Source of the DNA: Longimicrobiales bacterium
GTDB lineage: Bacteria > Gemmatimonadota > Gemmatimonadetes > Longimicrobiales > Gaopeijiaceae
Assembly (NCBI GenBank): GCA_965248195.1
Contig: CBDFIQ010000002.1
Coordinates: 1,344,001-1,408,000, forward strand
DNA: 64,000 bases
Reading direction: 5' to 3'
Shown: one piece after another, positions 40,267 through 49,312 of the stretch
Layout of the letters: each line of letters begins with the position of its first letter
How positions within the stretch are numbered: the stretch's first letter is position 1
Program-made: the position numbers and the translations under genes
The notes under the pieces: model-generated
The model's database searches: none
The model's input: the letters and a program-made list of their open reading frames with translations, nothing else
Told to the model about the DNA's origin: nothing

Positions 40267-40615
40267 GCGTTTCCGACGTGGTTCGCTGATTCGATGGCGT
40301 TGGTCATCCCTTCATGCGATTCGCGAAACGTGATTCACCGGGCGGGACGTCGCAGCGGTGGAAGCTCGTCGAGGAATTGGAGCTCGGTGAGCCGATGGAG
40401 GAGTCGTTGGTCTCCGTCGAAACCTCCGGAGCTCGGAGGGCTCAGGATCGCTACCACGCGAGAATGGGTTAAAAGGGAAGCTGAGTTCGCTACCTGAAGG
40501 AAGGTGAGCCGCAAGGTGAGCCAAAGATCAGGTGGGCGTCCAAGCAAGACGAAGCTTCTACCAACGAAACTGAAGCCCTCGGGACGGCTTGCCGTACCGG
40601 GGGCTTCTTTTTTTT
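40267..40615 (+). ncRNA. Unidentified structured non-coding RNA candidate
   Basis: Lies between a promoter and a terminator with no credible ORF. Long-range stem 40357-40370/40548-40562 encloses nested hairpins. Confidence 0.6.
40572..40615 (+). terminator. Intrinsic terminator
   Basis: GAAGCCCTCGG…CCGGGGGCTTC followed by T8. Confidence 0.9.
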
Positions 40616-40676
40616 GACCGGTTAATCGGCGAACTTCGCTCCCGCCGGTTCTGCGCCGACCTTCTGACGCCGGACA

Positions 40677-41261
40677 CTAACGTGGCGGTGCTAGTTCCAG
40701 ATAGTCGCTGTAGCGGCCTCGCCGGTTCCGCTGGTCGTCCAGCCAGGTGCCGAACCCGCTCTCGACCAGCCCGTTGGAGGAGGCGCCCTCCTGCGCGGCT
40801 GCGGTCGCGAGATGATCGGCGTATTCGTTCTGCGGATGCTCCGCGTGACCTCGCACCCAGGTCCATTCGATATGGTGCCTGCTCGCCACCCGATCCAACT
40901 CTTTCCAAAGCTCGAGGTTCTCGATTTTTCCGCCCTTCCGTTTCCAACCTCGAGCTTTCCACCCGCCGAGCCACTCCGTCATGCCCTTGACCAGGTACTG
41001 GCTGTCCGACACGAACCGAACTTCACACCCCCTCTTGCGGAGCAAGCCCAGTCCCACGATCGCGCTGCGCAGGGCCATACGGTTGTTGGTCGTGTCCGGT
41101 TCGGAGATCCAATAATCCCGACGTATCCACCGGTCCCCCGTCCAGTACTCCATCATTCCGGCCGCGCCCCCGGGGTTGGCCCGTCCCTGAAACTGGTTCC
41201 CCAGACAAGACTCGTCGGCGAAGATGGCCACCCCGAGAGATTCGATCATGGATTCAGTCAT
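40677..41261 (-). CDS. rnhA: Ribonuclease HI
   Basis: DESCLGN…PGG, TTNNRM, SDSQY, WVRGHA, NEYAD. Confidence 0.9.
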   Translation of the reverse strand: MTESMIESLGVAIFADESCLGNQFQGRANPGGAAGMMEYWTGDRWIRRDYWISEPDTTNNRMALRSAIVGLGLLRKRGCEVRFVSDSQYLVKGMTEWLGGWKARGWKRKGGKIENLELWKELDRVASRHHIEWTWVRGHAEHPQNEYADHLATAAAQEGASSNGLVESGFGTWLDDQRNRRGRYSDYLELAPPR

Positions 41262-41277
41262 AATCAGTGATGGGATT

Positions 41278-41323
41278 CATGCTCGGGATTGTCGGGAAAG
41301 CATGCTCGGGATTGTCGGGAAAG
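41278..41323. repeat. Exact 23-bp tandem duplication
   Basis: CATGCTCGGGATTGTCGGGAAAG x2. Confidence 0.95.
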
Positions 41324-41477
41324 GTAGGGCAGTGAGGAAACGGATGGAACGTCCCGGCTCGCTCGCTTGACTCGATTCCACTCGATCCTAAATTTCCGCC
41401 GGCCGAAGCCGATTCGTTCTTCCACACGAACAGCGGATCTTGCTATTCCTTCCACAGGCGTGGAGCCACCGGCTGGT

Positions 41478-42590
41478 ATGCACAAACGTGACCCTGCGTA
41501 TCTCCTCCTGGAGGACGGCCGCCGCTTCGATGGCTACAGGCTCGGGGCGCCCGGGCCGTCGCTGGGAGAGGTCGTCTTCAATACGGCCATGACCGGGTAC
41601 CAGGAGATCCTCACCGATCCCTCCTACGCGGGGCAGCACGTGGTGATGACGTATCCCCTGATCGGCAATTACGGCGTCAACGACGCGGACCGGGAGTCGG
41701 AGGGTCCACATGTTACTGGATTTGTCGTCCGTGAGGCCCCCCCCCGCCATTCGTCGTGGAGGGCCACCGGGTCGCTGGAGGATTATCTCCTCGAGTGCGG
41801 CGTGGTCGGAATCGCCGGTGTCGATACGAGGGCCCTCACCCTCCACATTCGATCGGAGGGAGCCAAGCGGGGCGCCATCGCCCCCGCCGGCGCTGACGAA
41901 GCGGATCTGCTCGAGAGTGTGCTCGCGCATCCCCTCATGGAGGGTCTCGACTTGGCGTGTGGCGTCTCCACCGAGGCCTCCTATACGGTGCCTGCCGTCG
42001 GCGAGGAGCGGTTCCACGTTCTCGCGTACGACTTCGGCGTGAAGGCTCACTCGCCTCGCCTCCTGGCTGAACGTGGTTGCCGGGTCACGGTCATTCCGGC
42101 GGTGACACCGGTCGAAGAAATCCTCTCGGCAGAACCCGATGGGCTCTTCGTGTCCAACGGCCCGGGTGATCCCGCGGCCGTGGAAAGGGCGCAGGAGGCC
42201 ATTCTCGGCTTGTCCGAACGAGGAATTCCGGTCTTCGGAATCTGTCTGGGCCACCAGTTGATCGCTCGGGCCTTCGGCGCCAAGACGTATAAGCTTCCGT
42301 TCGGCCACCACGGCGCAAACCACCCTGTCCGCAATCTCGATCGGAACACCGTCGAGATCACGTCGCAGAACCACGGGTTTGCCGTCGTTGCCGTTGAGGA
42401 GGAGGTTCCGGGGGCTCCCGACCTGCGCGTGACCCACCTCAATCTGTACGACGGGACGGTGGAGGGCCTGGTCCATCGGGAGCGCCCAGTTTTCTGCGTC
42501 CAATACCATCCGGAGGCTGCTCCGGGACCCCACGACAGCGTATATCTCTTCGATCAATTCATCGGGTTGATGGAGACCGGGCTTTCGTAG
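41478..42590 (+). CDS. carA: Carbamoyl-phosphate synthase small subunit
   Basis: FNTAMTGYQE, SNGPGDP, GICLGHQ, QYHPEA. Confidence 0.96.
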   Translation: MHKRDPAYLLLEDGRRFDGYRLGAPGPSLGEVVFNTAMTGYQEILTDPSYAGQHVVMTYPLIGNYGVNDADRESEGPHVTGFVVREAPPRHSSWRATGSLEDYLLECGVVGIAGVDTRALTLHIRSEGAKRGAIAPAGADEADLLESVLAHPLMEGLDLACGVSTEASYTVPAVGEERFHVLAYDFGVKAHSPRLLAERGCRVTVIPAVTPVEEILSAEPDGLFVSNGPGDPAAVERAQEAILGLSERGIPVFGICLGHQLIARAFGAKTYKLPFGHHGANHPVRNLDRNTVEITSQNHGFAVVAVEEEVPGAPDLRVTHLNLYDGTVEGLVHRERPVFCVQYHPEAAPGPHDSVYLFDQFIGLMETGLS

Positions 42591-42677
42591 GTCCAAGGGC
42601 CCCTTGACGTTCCAGGCTCGACAGCGTTACCGTGGCTTCCCTGCCACAGTTTTTCACCGTATCTCGGAGGAAAATGC

Positions 42678-42980
42678 ATGACCAAGGCCGACCTCGTCGA
42701 ACAGGTCGCAGAGGCCATAGGTCCTGGGATTACCAAGAAGGACTGCGCATTGGTCGTGGACGGTCTCCTGAACGCCGTCAAGCGCGCTCTCGCGAACGGT
42801 GAAAATATCGAGATCCGTGGGTTCGGGACGTTCAAGGTGAGGAAGCGGAAGAGCCGCATGGCCCGGAACCCACGTACAGGCGAGGGCGTTGAAGTTCCCT
42901 CGCGGAGCGTGCCGGTCTTCAAGCCCTCGAAGCATCTGCGCTCCCGTGTCAGCCAACTCGACGGGCAGAAGCCGGCATAG
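42678..42980 (+). CDS. HU/IHF family DNA-binding protein
   Basis: MTKADLVE, IRGFGTF, ARNPRTG. Confidence 0.95.
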   Translation: MTKADLVEQVAEAIGPGITKKDCALVVDGLLNAVKRALANGENIEIRGFGTFKVRKRKSRMARNPRTGEGVEVPSRSVPVFKPSKHLRSRVSQLDGQKPA

Positions 42981-43105
42981 GTCGCTTCAAACAGCGCCGG
43001 AGCCGAGCCGTCGCCTCCGCGGGGCCCGTTCGTTCCGTTCTCCGCACTCCGGCATCACCCTTCATCCCGACCTAGCGGCTCGCGCCACTCCTTCGGCAGG
43101 CCTTT

Positions 43106-43131
43106 TAACGTTCTCCTGACTAGGTACGTCT
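43106..43131 (+). promoter_or_regulatory. ECF-type promoter (possible autoregulation)
   Basis: TAAC-17 bp-CGTCT just before the sigma gene ATG. Confidence 0.5.
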
Positions 43132-43139
43132 GATTTACG

Positions 43140-43697
43140 ATGGTCGAGGATTCACGCCTGGCGTCGCCGACGGACGAGGAGTTGGTGCGACGGGTCCGAG
43201 AAGGCGACGAACAGGCCATGAACGTTCTCGTTGACCGTCATCATGGTGTGGTGTTTCGGACCTGTGCGGCCATCCTTGGTGACGAGGATCTAGCGGCGGA
43301 TGCGAGCCAGAACAGTTTTCTCAAGGCCTTCAAGGCGGTCGATCGCTTCAGGGGTGAGGCGGCGTTTCGCACATGGCTGTTGGCCATCGCGGGCAACGAG
43401 GCCCGGGGTCTCCTCCGCCAAGTCAGGCGGAGAAGGGAAGACAGGCTCGAGGACCTGGACATGCTGCCGGCCGGGGGAAACGATCCTTCCGCGGAGGTCA
43501 CTCTAGGGTCCGAAGTCGCAAGGGTACGAGCGGTGCTGGCGGACTTGCCCGAGAAGCAGAGATTGTCCGTGAGTCTGAGAATTTTTGAGGGCTTGAGTTT
43601 TCGTGAGATCGGTGAGACCATCGATTCGACGGAGGGGTCGGCCCGGGTGAATTATCACCATGGGATACAGCGGTTGAGGGAGATGCTGGGGTCATGA
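43140..43697 (+). CDS. ECF sigma factor
   Basis: Region 2 (FRGEAAFRTWL) and region 4 (LPEKQR…GLSFREI). Confidence 0.93.
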   Translation: MVEDSRLASPTDEELVRRVREGDEQAMNVLVDRHHGVVFRTCAAILGDEDLAADASQNSFLKAFKAVDRFRGEAAFRTWLLAIAGNEARGLLRQVRRRREDRLEDLDMLPAGGNDPSAEVTLGSEVARVRAVLADLPEKQRLSVSLRIFEGLSFREIGETIDSTEGSARVNYHHGIQRLREMLGS

Positions 43698-44170
43698 CGA
43701 AAATCGGATGCGCACACGTGAAGGACCTCCTGCCGGAGTGGATCCGTCACGAGCTCCCAGAGAGCGATCGTGCCGTCGTCGCCGCACATGTCTCCTCTTG
43801 TGAGTCGTGTTCCGAGGAGGTCGAGTTACTCCGAAGGATCCAGGCCGCCGCGTTCAGCACGCCTCCTTCGCTTGCTTCCGAGATCAAGTCTGCGGTGGCG
43901 GTCCAGATCGAGTCGGATGCCGGGGTCGAGTACGGCCCGGCCGGGCGCTTCGCGGGCTGGCGGCTTCCTGCGGCGGCGAGCGTGGTCTTGGCGCTGGGGA
44001 CGGGCCTGATTTGGCAGCGCACTCAGGCGCTGCCCGAGATAGGGCCCCTCGGACAAGATCCTTTTGCGGTCGTCTGGCCGAGCGACGACGCCGACGTGGC
44101 CGGTGTGCCGATGTTGGCGGATCTCTCCGACGAGGACCTGGCACTCCTACTGGAGGAGATCGGAGGATGA
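43694..44170 (+). CDS. Zinc-finger (HxxxCxxC) membrane anti-sigma factor
   Basis: HVSSCESC, TM helix, overlaps the sigma gene. Confidence 0.88.
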   Translation: MTKIGCAHVKDLLPEWIRHELPESDRAVVAAHVSSCESCSEEVELLRRIQAAAFSTPPSLASEIKSAVAVQIESDAGVEYGPAGRFAGWRLPAAASVVLALGTGLIWQRTQALPEIGPLGQDPFAVVWPSDDADVAGVPMLADLSDEDLALLLEEIGG

Positions 44171-44784
44171 ACGGACGATCGCGGGCGATGACGCGGGCGA
44201 TGAACAGGCCCTCGAGCCTTTTGCTGACGGCGAGCCTCTTGATGATGGGCACGCTGCTGGGCGGTGCCGAGGGGCTCGTCGCTCAGCGTCGAGGAGGTCA
44301 ACAGCCCGGCGGCGGGCAGCGTGCAGAGATGGAGCGAAGAATACAAGCACGTTTTGACAATCTGGTGCGGGAAACACTCAGCCTCAGCGACGATCAGGTC
44401 CAGCAACTTCAGGCCGTGGTGGAGGATTTCCGCGGCCGGCGAGTGGATTTCTCACAAAGAGAGCGTACCACCCGCGCACGCGTCGGACGTTTAGGTCTGA
44501 GAGGCGGGGGAGCGGACCTCACCGAGCAGGAGGCTTCCGAGATCCTCGCGGAGATGCTCGAACTGAGCGGCGATGAAGCGACCCTCTTCCGAGAGGAGCA
44601 GGAGGCGTTCCTCCAAATCCTGAGCGCGCCGCAAGTCGTACGCTTTATCCTGATGCGCCAACAGTTCGGCGAGAGGATTCGAACCCTGCGTGGAGGCGGT
44701 GGCCCGGGCCGAGGGCCGCAGGGTGGACCGGGCCGGAGGCCGCAGGGTGGCCGGCGTCTAGGGCCGCCACTGCTCGGACGTTGA
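44167..44784 (+). CDS. Periplasmic Spy/CpxP-like helical protein
   Basis: Signal peptide, LSLSDDQ and ILSAPQ motifs, third gene of the ECF operon. Confidence 0.65.
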   Translation: MNGRSRAMTRAMNRPSSLLLTASLLMMGTLLGGAEGLVAQRRGGQQPGGGQRAEMERRIQARFDNLVRETLSLSDDQVQQLQAVVEDFRGRRVDFSQRERTTRARVGRLGLRGGGADLTEQEASEILAEMLELSGDEATLFREEQEAFLQILSAPQVVRFILMRQQFGERIRTLRGGGGPGRGPQGGPGRRPQGGRRLGPPLLGR

Positions 44785-44901
44785 CCCCGCAAGGCTGACC
44801 AAGGCTGACACCGGAACGTTGACGGGAACGGCGGGGTTCCTCTACTCTGATCTGCTGAAGTGTTTCGGTTAACTGCCCCCGTCGCTCGGATGTATGGCCC
44901 C

Positions 44902-45147
44902 GTGGAAATCCGCACCCTGTTCTTCGCGTCCTATAAAGAGCTCCTCGGTACGGGGGAGCTCCAGGTCGATCTTCCCGAGGGAGCGACGGTCTCGGATCTC
45001 GTTTCGGCACTCCGCTCCCGTGGTGGCGCTTTTACGGTCTTACCCACCGCGCCCGCCGTAGCCCTCAACATGACCTACACGGACCCTACGTCGTTGCTGA
45101 GCGATGGCGACGAGGTGGCGTTGATTCCGCCGGTTGCGGGGGGATGA
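44902..45147 (+). CDS. moaD: Molybdopterin synthase sulfur carrier
   Basis: LFFAS…DEVALIPPVAGG. Confidence 0.93.
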   Translation: MEIRTLFFASYKELLGTGELQVDLPEGATVSDLVSALRSRGGAFTVLPTAPAVALNMTYTDPTSLLSDGDEVALIPPVAGG

Positions 45148-45148
45148 C

Positions 45149-45667
45149 GTGAACTCCGCCATCGTTCGGGAGCCCATCGATCCGGCTCACGTCCTGAGCT
45201 TGATCGGCGCCGACCAGGATGGGGCGAGCCTCCTCTTTCTGGGCGTAGTTCGAGATCACAATGACGGCCGTTCGGTGGGAGGCGTGCGATACGATACGTA
45301 TGAGGAAATGGCTGCTCAGGTGCTCTCGGAAATCGTGGACGAGGCCACACGAGCGGCGGGCACGGATCGGGTCGCTGCGGTCCATCGGATCGGCGAGTTG
45401 GCGGTAGGCGACGTCAGCGTCGCGATCGCGGTGTCCAGTCCCCATCGGGCCGAGGCGTACGACGCATCGCGCTACATCATCGAGGAAATCAAGAAGCGCC
45501 TTCCAGTCTGGAAAAAAGAGCGCTACAGAGACGGTGCCGAAGAGTGGGTCGAGGGGCGGACGCCCGATGCGGCCCCGGCACCCCACCAGGCGCCCCAGGC
45601 GCCCCAGGCGGGCGCGCCTCAGGCGGACGCGCCTCAGGCGGACGCGCCCCAGGCGGACGGGTCATGA
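45149..45667 (+). CDS. moaE: Molybdopterin synthase catalytic subunit
   Basis: FLGVVRDHN, HRIGEL, PVWKKE; C-terminal 15-bp repeats. Confidence 0.93.
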   Translation: MNSAIVREPIDPAHVLSLIGADQDGASLLFLGVVRDHNDGRSVGGVRYDTYEEMAAQVLSEIVDEATRAAGTDRVAAVHRIGELAVGDVSVAIAVSSPHRAEAYDASRYIIEEIKKRLPVWKKERYRDGAEEWVEGRTPDAAPAPHQAPQAPQAGAPQADAPQADAPQADGS

Positions 45668-46644
45668 TCGATCAGTTCGGGCGCCGCGTGGAGTACGTTC
45701 GTGTTTCCGTCACGGACAAGTGCAACTTGCGGTGCGTCTATTGCATGCCCCTCGACGGGCTGGACTGGCTCAAGCGTGAGAGTCTCCTCAGCTATGAGGA
45801 GATCGCGTCTGTTCTGCGCACGATGGCGGGGATGGGTCTCGAGAAAGTGCGCATTACGGGCGGCGAGCCCTTGGTCCGAAAGGATCTGCCACGCCTGGTG
45901 GGTATGGTGGCCGACATCCCTGGCATCGTTGACATCTCGCTGTCCACGAACGCGGTGCTGCTGGCCGATCAGGCCCAGGCGCTCCGCGATGCCGGGGTCA
46001 GCCGGGTCAACGTGTCGCTCGACTCACTCCAAGAGCAGCGTGTGGACGCCATCGCCCGGCGACCCGGCTCCTTCGGGCGCATCATGGAGGGGCTGGACGC
46101 GGCGGAAGCGGTCGGGTTCGATCCGATCAAGATCAACGTAGTCCTCATCGGCGGCCAGAACGATGACGAGATCGAGGACTTCGCGCGCATCACTCGGGAT
46201 CGGCCGTGGCACGTTCGTTTTATCGAGCTCATGCCGACGGGATCCAACCTGGACTTGAGTGCCAACAGCTTCGTATCCTGCCAAGAGGCGCTCGCCAGGA
46301 TCCGCCGCATGGGAAGCATCGAACCGGTTGACGGTCCTGCCGGAAACGGGCCCGCGACGTACTTCCGTTTTCCCGGGGCAGCCGGTACCGTGGGGGTGAT
46401 CACTCCCATGAGCCATAACTATTGCGACCGTTGTAACCGAATGCGGCTGACCGCGGATGGCCAACTCCGCCCCTGCCTTTTCGGGTCCATCCAGACCAAC
46501 CTTCGCGACCCGCTCCGGGCGGGCGCTGACCTCGTCCCGCTCATCGAAGAGACACTCCACATCAAGCCCGAGCGGCACTACCTGATCCAGGGAAGTGACG
46601 AGGGCTCCGGGGGGCTCGTGGCCCTCTCCCAGACGGGTGGTTGA
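45664..46644 (+). CDS. moaA: GTP 3',8-cyclase
   Basis: CNLRCVYC, CDRCNR…C, C-terminal GG. Confidence 0.96.
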   Translation: MIDQFGRRVEYVRVSVTDKCNLRCVYCMPLDGLDWLKRESLLSYEEIASVLRTMAGMGLEKVRITGGEPLVRKDLPRLVGMVADIPGIVDISLSTNAVLLADQAQALRDAGVSRVNVSLDSLQEQRVDAIARRPGSFGRIMEGLDAAEAVGFDPIKINVVLIGGQNDDEIEDFARITRDRPWHVRFIELMPTGSNLDLSANSFVSCQEALARIRRMGSIEPVDGPAGNGPATYFRFPGAAGTVGVITPMSHNYCDRCNRMRLTADGQLRPCLFGSIQTNLRDPLRAGADLVPLIEETLHIKPERHYLIQGSDEGSGGLVALSQTGG

Positions 46645-46738
46645 GCGGTTGGGGCTTAGGTAGACTTCAAGAAATCTAGTAAAAGGTTCAGGAATCCGAA
46701 CAAATCCAACCACTCGATAACACTCCAAGAAGGATCAC

Positions 46739-47665
46739 ATGAGCGCGAATAAAATTACGGTGGTGGGCGCGGGTCACGTCGGCGCGACCTGCGCACAGCG
46801 TCTGGCGGAGATGGAGCTTGCCCGAGAAATCGTCCTGATCGACATCGTCGAAGGCATCCCACAGGGTAAGGGGCTCGATCAATGGGAGAGTGCCCCCGTC
46901 TTGGGCTTCGACTCGCATGTAATCGGCGCAAACGACTACCAAGAGGCGGCGGATTCCGACCTTTTCATTGTCACCGCCGGGATCGCGCGGAAGCCGGGGA
47001 TGAGCAGGGACGACCTTCTCAAGACGAACGCCGGAATCGTGGAATCGGTCTCGAGGGAGATCGCCCGAGTGGCCCCGGACTCGATCATCATCATGGTGTC
47101 CAATCCCTTGGACGTGATGGCGTACGTGGCGATGCAGAGCAGCGGCTTCCCCCGGGAGCGGGTGATCGGCATGGCCGGCATCCTCGATACGGCGCGATAC
47201 CGTTCGTTTATCTCTCTGGAGCTCGACGTCAGCGTCGAGGACATCCAGGCTCTGGTTCTCGGCGGCCACGGTGATACGATGGTCCCGCTGGTCTCCTACA
47301 CGACGATCTCGGGCATCCCGCTCACTCAGTTCCTCGGGAACGAGCGTATCGAAGCACTGCTCGAGCGCACGCGAAAGGGTGGTGCGGAGATCGTCGGCCA
47401 CTTGAAGACCGGGAGCGCCTACTATGCGCCCTCGGCGGCGGCGGCCCAGATGGCCGAGGCCATCGTCAAGGACAAGCGCCGCATTCTACCATGTGCCGCC
47501 TACCTGGAGGGCGAGTACGGGCATGAGGGAATCTTCCTGGGTGTGCCGTGTCAACTCGGCGAAGGCGGGCTCCAGAGGATCATCGAGGTGGAGCTCACGG
47601 AGAGCGAAGCCGAAGCGCTGGCGAACAGCGCCGGAGCCGTGAAGGAAACGATCGGTGCTCTCTGA
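46739..47665 (+). CDS. mdh: Malate dehydrogenase (LDH-like)
   Basis: [22 protein letters not shown]. Confidence 0.96.
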   Translation: MSANKITVVGAGHVGATCAQRLAEMELAREIVLIDIVEGIPQGKGLDQWESAPVLGFDSHVIGANDYQEAADSDLFIVTAGIARKPGMSRDDLLKTNAGIVESVSREIARVAPDSIIIMVSNPLDVMAYVAMQSSGFPRERVIGMAGILDTARYRSFISLELDVSVEDIQALVLGGHGDTMVPLVSYTTISGIPLTQFLGNERIEALLERTRKGGAEIVGHLKTGSAYYAPSAAAAQMAEAIVKDKRRILPCAAYLEGEYGHEGIFLGVPCQLGEGGLQRIIEVELTESEAEALANSAGAVKETIGAL

Positions 47666-47758
47666 TCCAGGTCTCTTGTTCGCCTCGAGGAACCGAAGAC
47701 CTGACGCTGTGTGTGCGGAAGATACGCATGACGACCATTTGCCCAGACGGGAGTTCGT

Positions 47759-48253
47759 ATGATCATGAGAAGTATGGGAACAAGGTTAAGCGTGGTTGCG
47801 GCGGTGACCCTGGCGCTCGTGGCTTGCGGCGACACCGTCGCCACGGTCGATATGGAGGGCCCCGTGTTCGGCCCCGATCCCGCAGACGTGGAGTTTGCGG
47901 CCTCGCTGGGGATCGATCTCGCCAGCATGATGGAGACCACCACCGGGTTGTTCTATCGAGATGACATCGAGGGCGCCGGGGAGCCCGCCGCGCTCGGAGA
48001 CGACGTTACGCTGACCTACACGGGATGGCTGGTGGACGGCGAGGAATTCGACAGCGGTGGGTTCATCGCCACGCTCGGTGCGACGAGTTTGATTGCCGGT
48101 TTCACAGAGGGCCTCGTCGGTATGCAAGCCGGAGGAACGAGAACGATCGTAATCCCGGCCAATCTGGCGTATAGATCGTCGCCAAACGGGCCTATCCCAG
48201 GGAATGCGGTCCTCGTATTCGAGCTCATGGTCACCGCCGTCGTCAAGCCTTAA
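47759..48253 (+). CDS. FKBP-type peptidyl-prolyl isomerase, lipoprotein
   Basis: LVAC lipobox, YTGWL…FDS, LIAGF, IPGNAVLVFE. Confidence 0.9.
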   Translation: MIMRSMGTRLSVVAAVTLALVACGDTVATVDMEGPVFGPDPADVEFAASLGIDLASMMETTTGLFYRDDIEGAGEPAALGDDVTLTYTGWLVDGEEFDSGGFIATLGATSLIAGFTEGLVGMQAGGTRTIVIPANLAYRSSPNGPIPGNAVLVFELMVTAVVKP

Positions 48254-48456
48254 CGTCAACGAGACGTCTCCCGACGCACGGGGGGCTTACGGGCTTACCC
48301 CGGCGACTCCCGGAGCTCCCCCGGATCCCCTTACGGACCCCCCGGGGGGTCCTGTCGTCGAAGCCCATAAGCTCGCGACACTCGCCCGGTTCTTACCCCT
48401 GCCGAGCGCTGAACAGCATTCATATCACTCTATGCACTATCCGGCACAAGTGGGTG

Positions 48457-48491
48457 TTGACCTCATTCCTTGACTAGTTTACACTGTTAAC
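48457..48491 (+). promoter_or_regulatory. Sigma70 promoter giving a probable leaderless tetR mRNA, overlapped by an imperfect palindrome
   Basis: TTGACC-17 bp-TACACT-6 bp-ATG; GTTTAC-ACT-GTTAAC. Confidence 0.65.
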
Positions 48492-49235
48492 ATGGCTACA
48501 CAAAGAGATCGAATCCTGAATGCCGCGTGTGACCTTCTCGTCAACGGCGGACTCGACGCATTGTCGATGCGAAAGCTCGCAAGGCAGCTTGGGGTCACGG
48601 CGCCTGCGCTCTACCGGCACTATGAGAGCAAGGAGGCGGTGCTCGTCGACGTGGTGGGCGAGGCCTTCAAGGTCTTTGCCCAGTACCTGTACCGCGCGCT
48701 GGACGGGCGCACCCCCGTCGAGCGGTTCAGCTTGACGGGACGGTCTTACCTGGCCTTCGCCCTCGAGCACCCGCGGTACTACGCGTTGTTGCACGCGGCC
48801 CACGAGATCATGGGGCACGCCGCGCTTCCGCATGAGGCGACGGATCATGCTTGCGCGGTGGGCCAGTTCATGGTGGATCGGGTCCGGGAAGGCATGGAAT
48901 GCGGAATGCTGAAACCGGGACCGCCGGAGACGGTGGCCCGCACGATCTGGGCTCACTCACACGGATTGGTGTCGATCTATCACCGCGGTCTGTTCCGGAT
49001 CGACGAAGCGCAGTTTCGCCAGCTCTTTCTGGAGTCGAGCTGGCGCCTCATGGAAGGCCTGGCGGAGCCCGAGTTCGCCGAGACCATGGGTGAGAGGGTG
49101 CGGGCCTCCGTCGAGGCAGAAGGGCGGGCTCGAGTAGCGGAGTCGGAGGCGGAAACACCAACCGCCGAGGCAGAAGGGCGGGCTCGAGCAGCGAAATCGG
49201 AGGCGGAAGCACCAACCGCCGAGGCCAGAAGTTGA
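48492..49235 (+). CDS. TetR/AcrR family regulator (WHG-type C-terminal domain)
   Basis: LSMRKLARQLGVTAPALYRHY, WAHSHG. Confidence 0.93.
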   Translation: MATQRDRILNAACDLLVNGGLDALSMRKLARQLGVTAPALYRHYESKEAVLVDVVGEAFKVFAQYLYRALDGRTPVERFSLTGRSYLAFALEHPRYYALLHAAHEIMGHAALPHEATDHACAVGQFMVDRVREGMECGMLKPGPPETVARTIWAHSHGLVSIYHRGLFRIDEAQFRQLFLESSWRLMEGLAEPEFAETMGERVRASVEAEGRARVAESEAETPTAEAEGRARAAKSEAEAPTAEARS

Positions 49236-49262
49236 TGAGTAACCGAGGCCAGAAGTTGATGG
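49113..49262 (+). repeat. 54-bp tandem duplication plus a ~24-bp duplication at the tetR 3' end
   Basis: EAEGRARxAxSEAExPTA x2; CCGAGGCCAGAAGTTGATG x2. Confidence 0.85.
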
Positions 49263-49312
49263 GCAGCCGAAGCCGGGAGTCGATGGACAGAGGAACGACG
49301 GGACAAGAGGGG

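Noticed and set aside
40460..40490. GGGTTAAAAGGGAAG resembles part of a cobalamin riboswitch
   Set aside because: The downstream CCCGCAACTGT and B12-box elements are missing, and there is no same-strand downstream gene.
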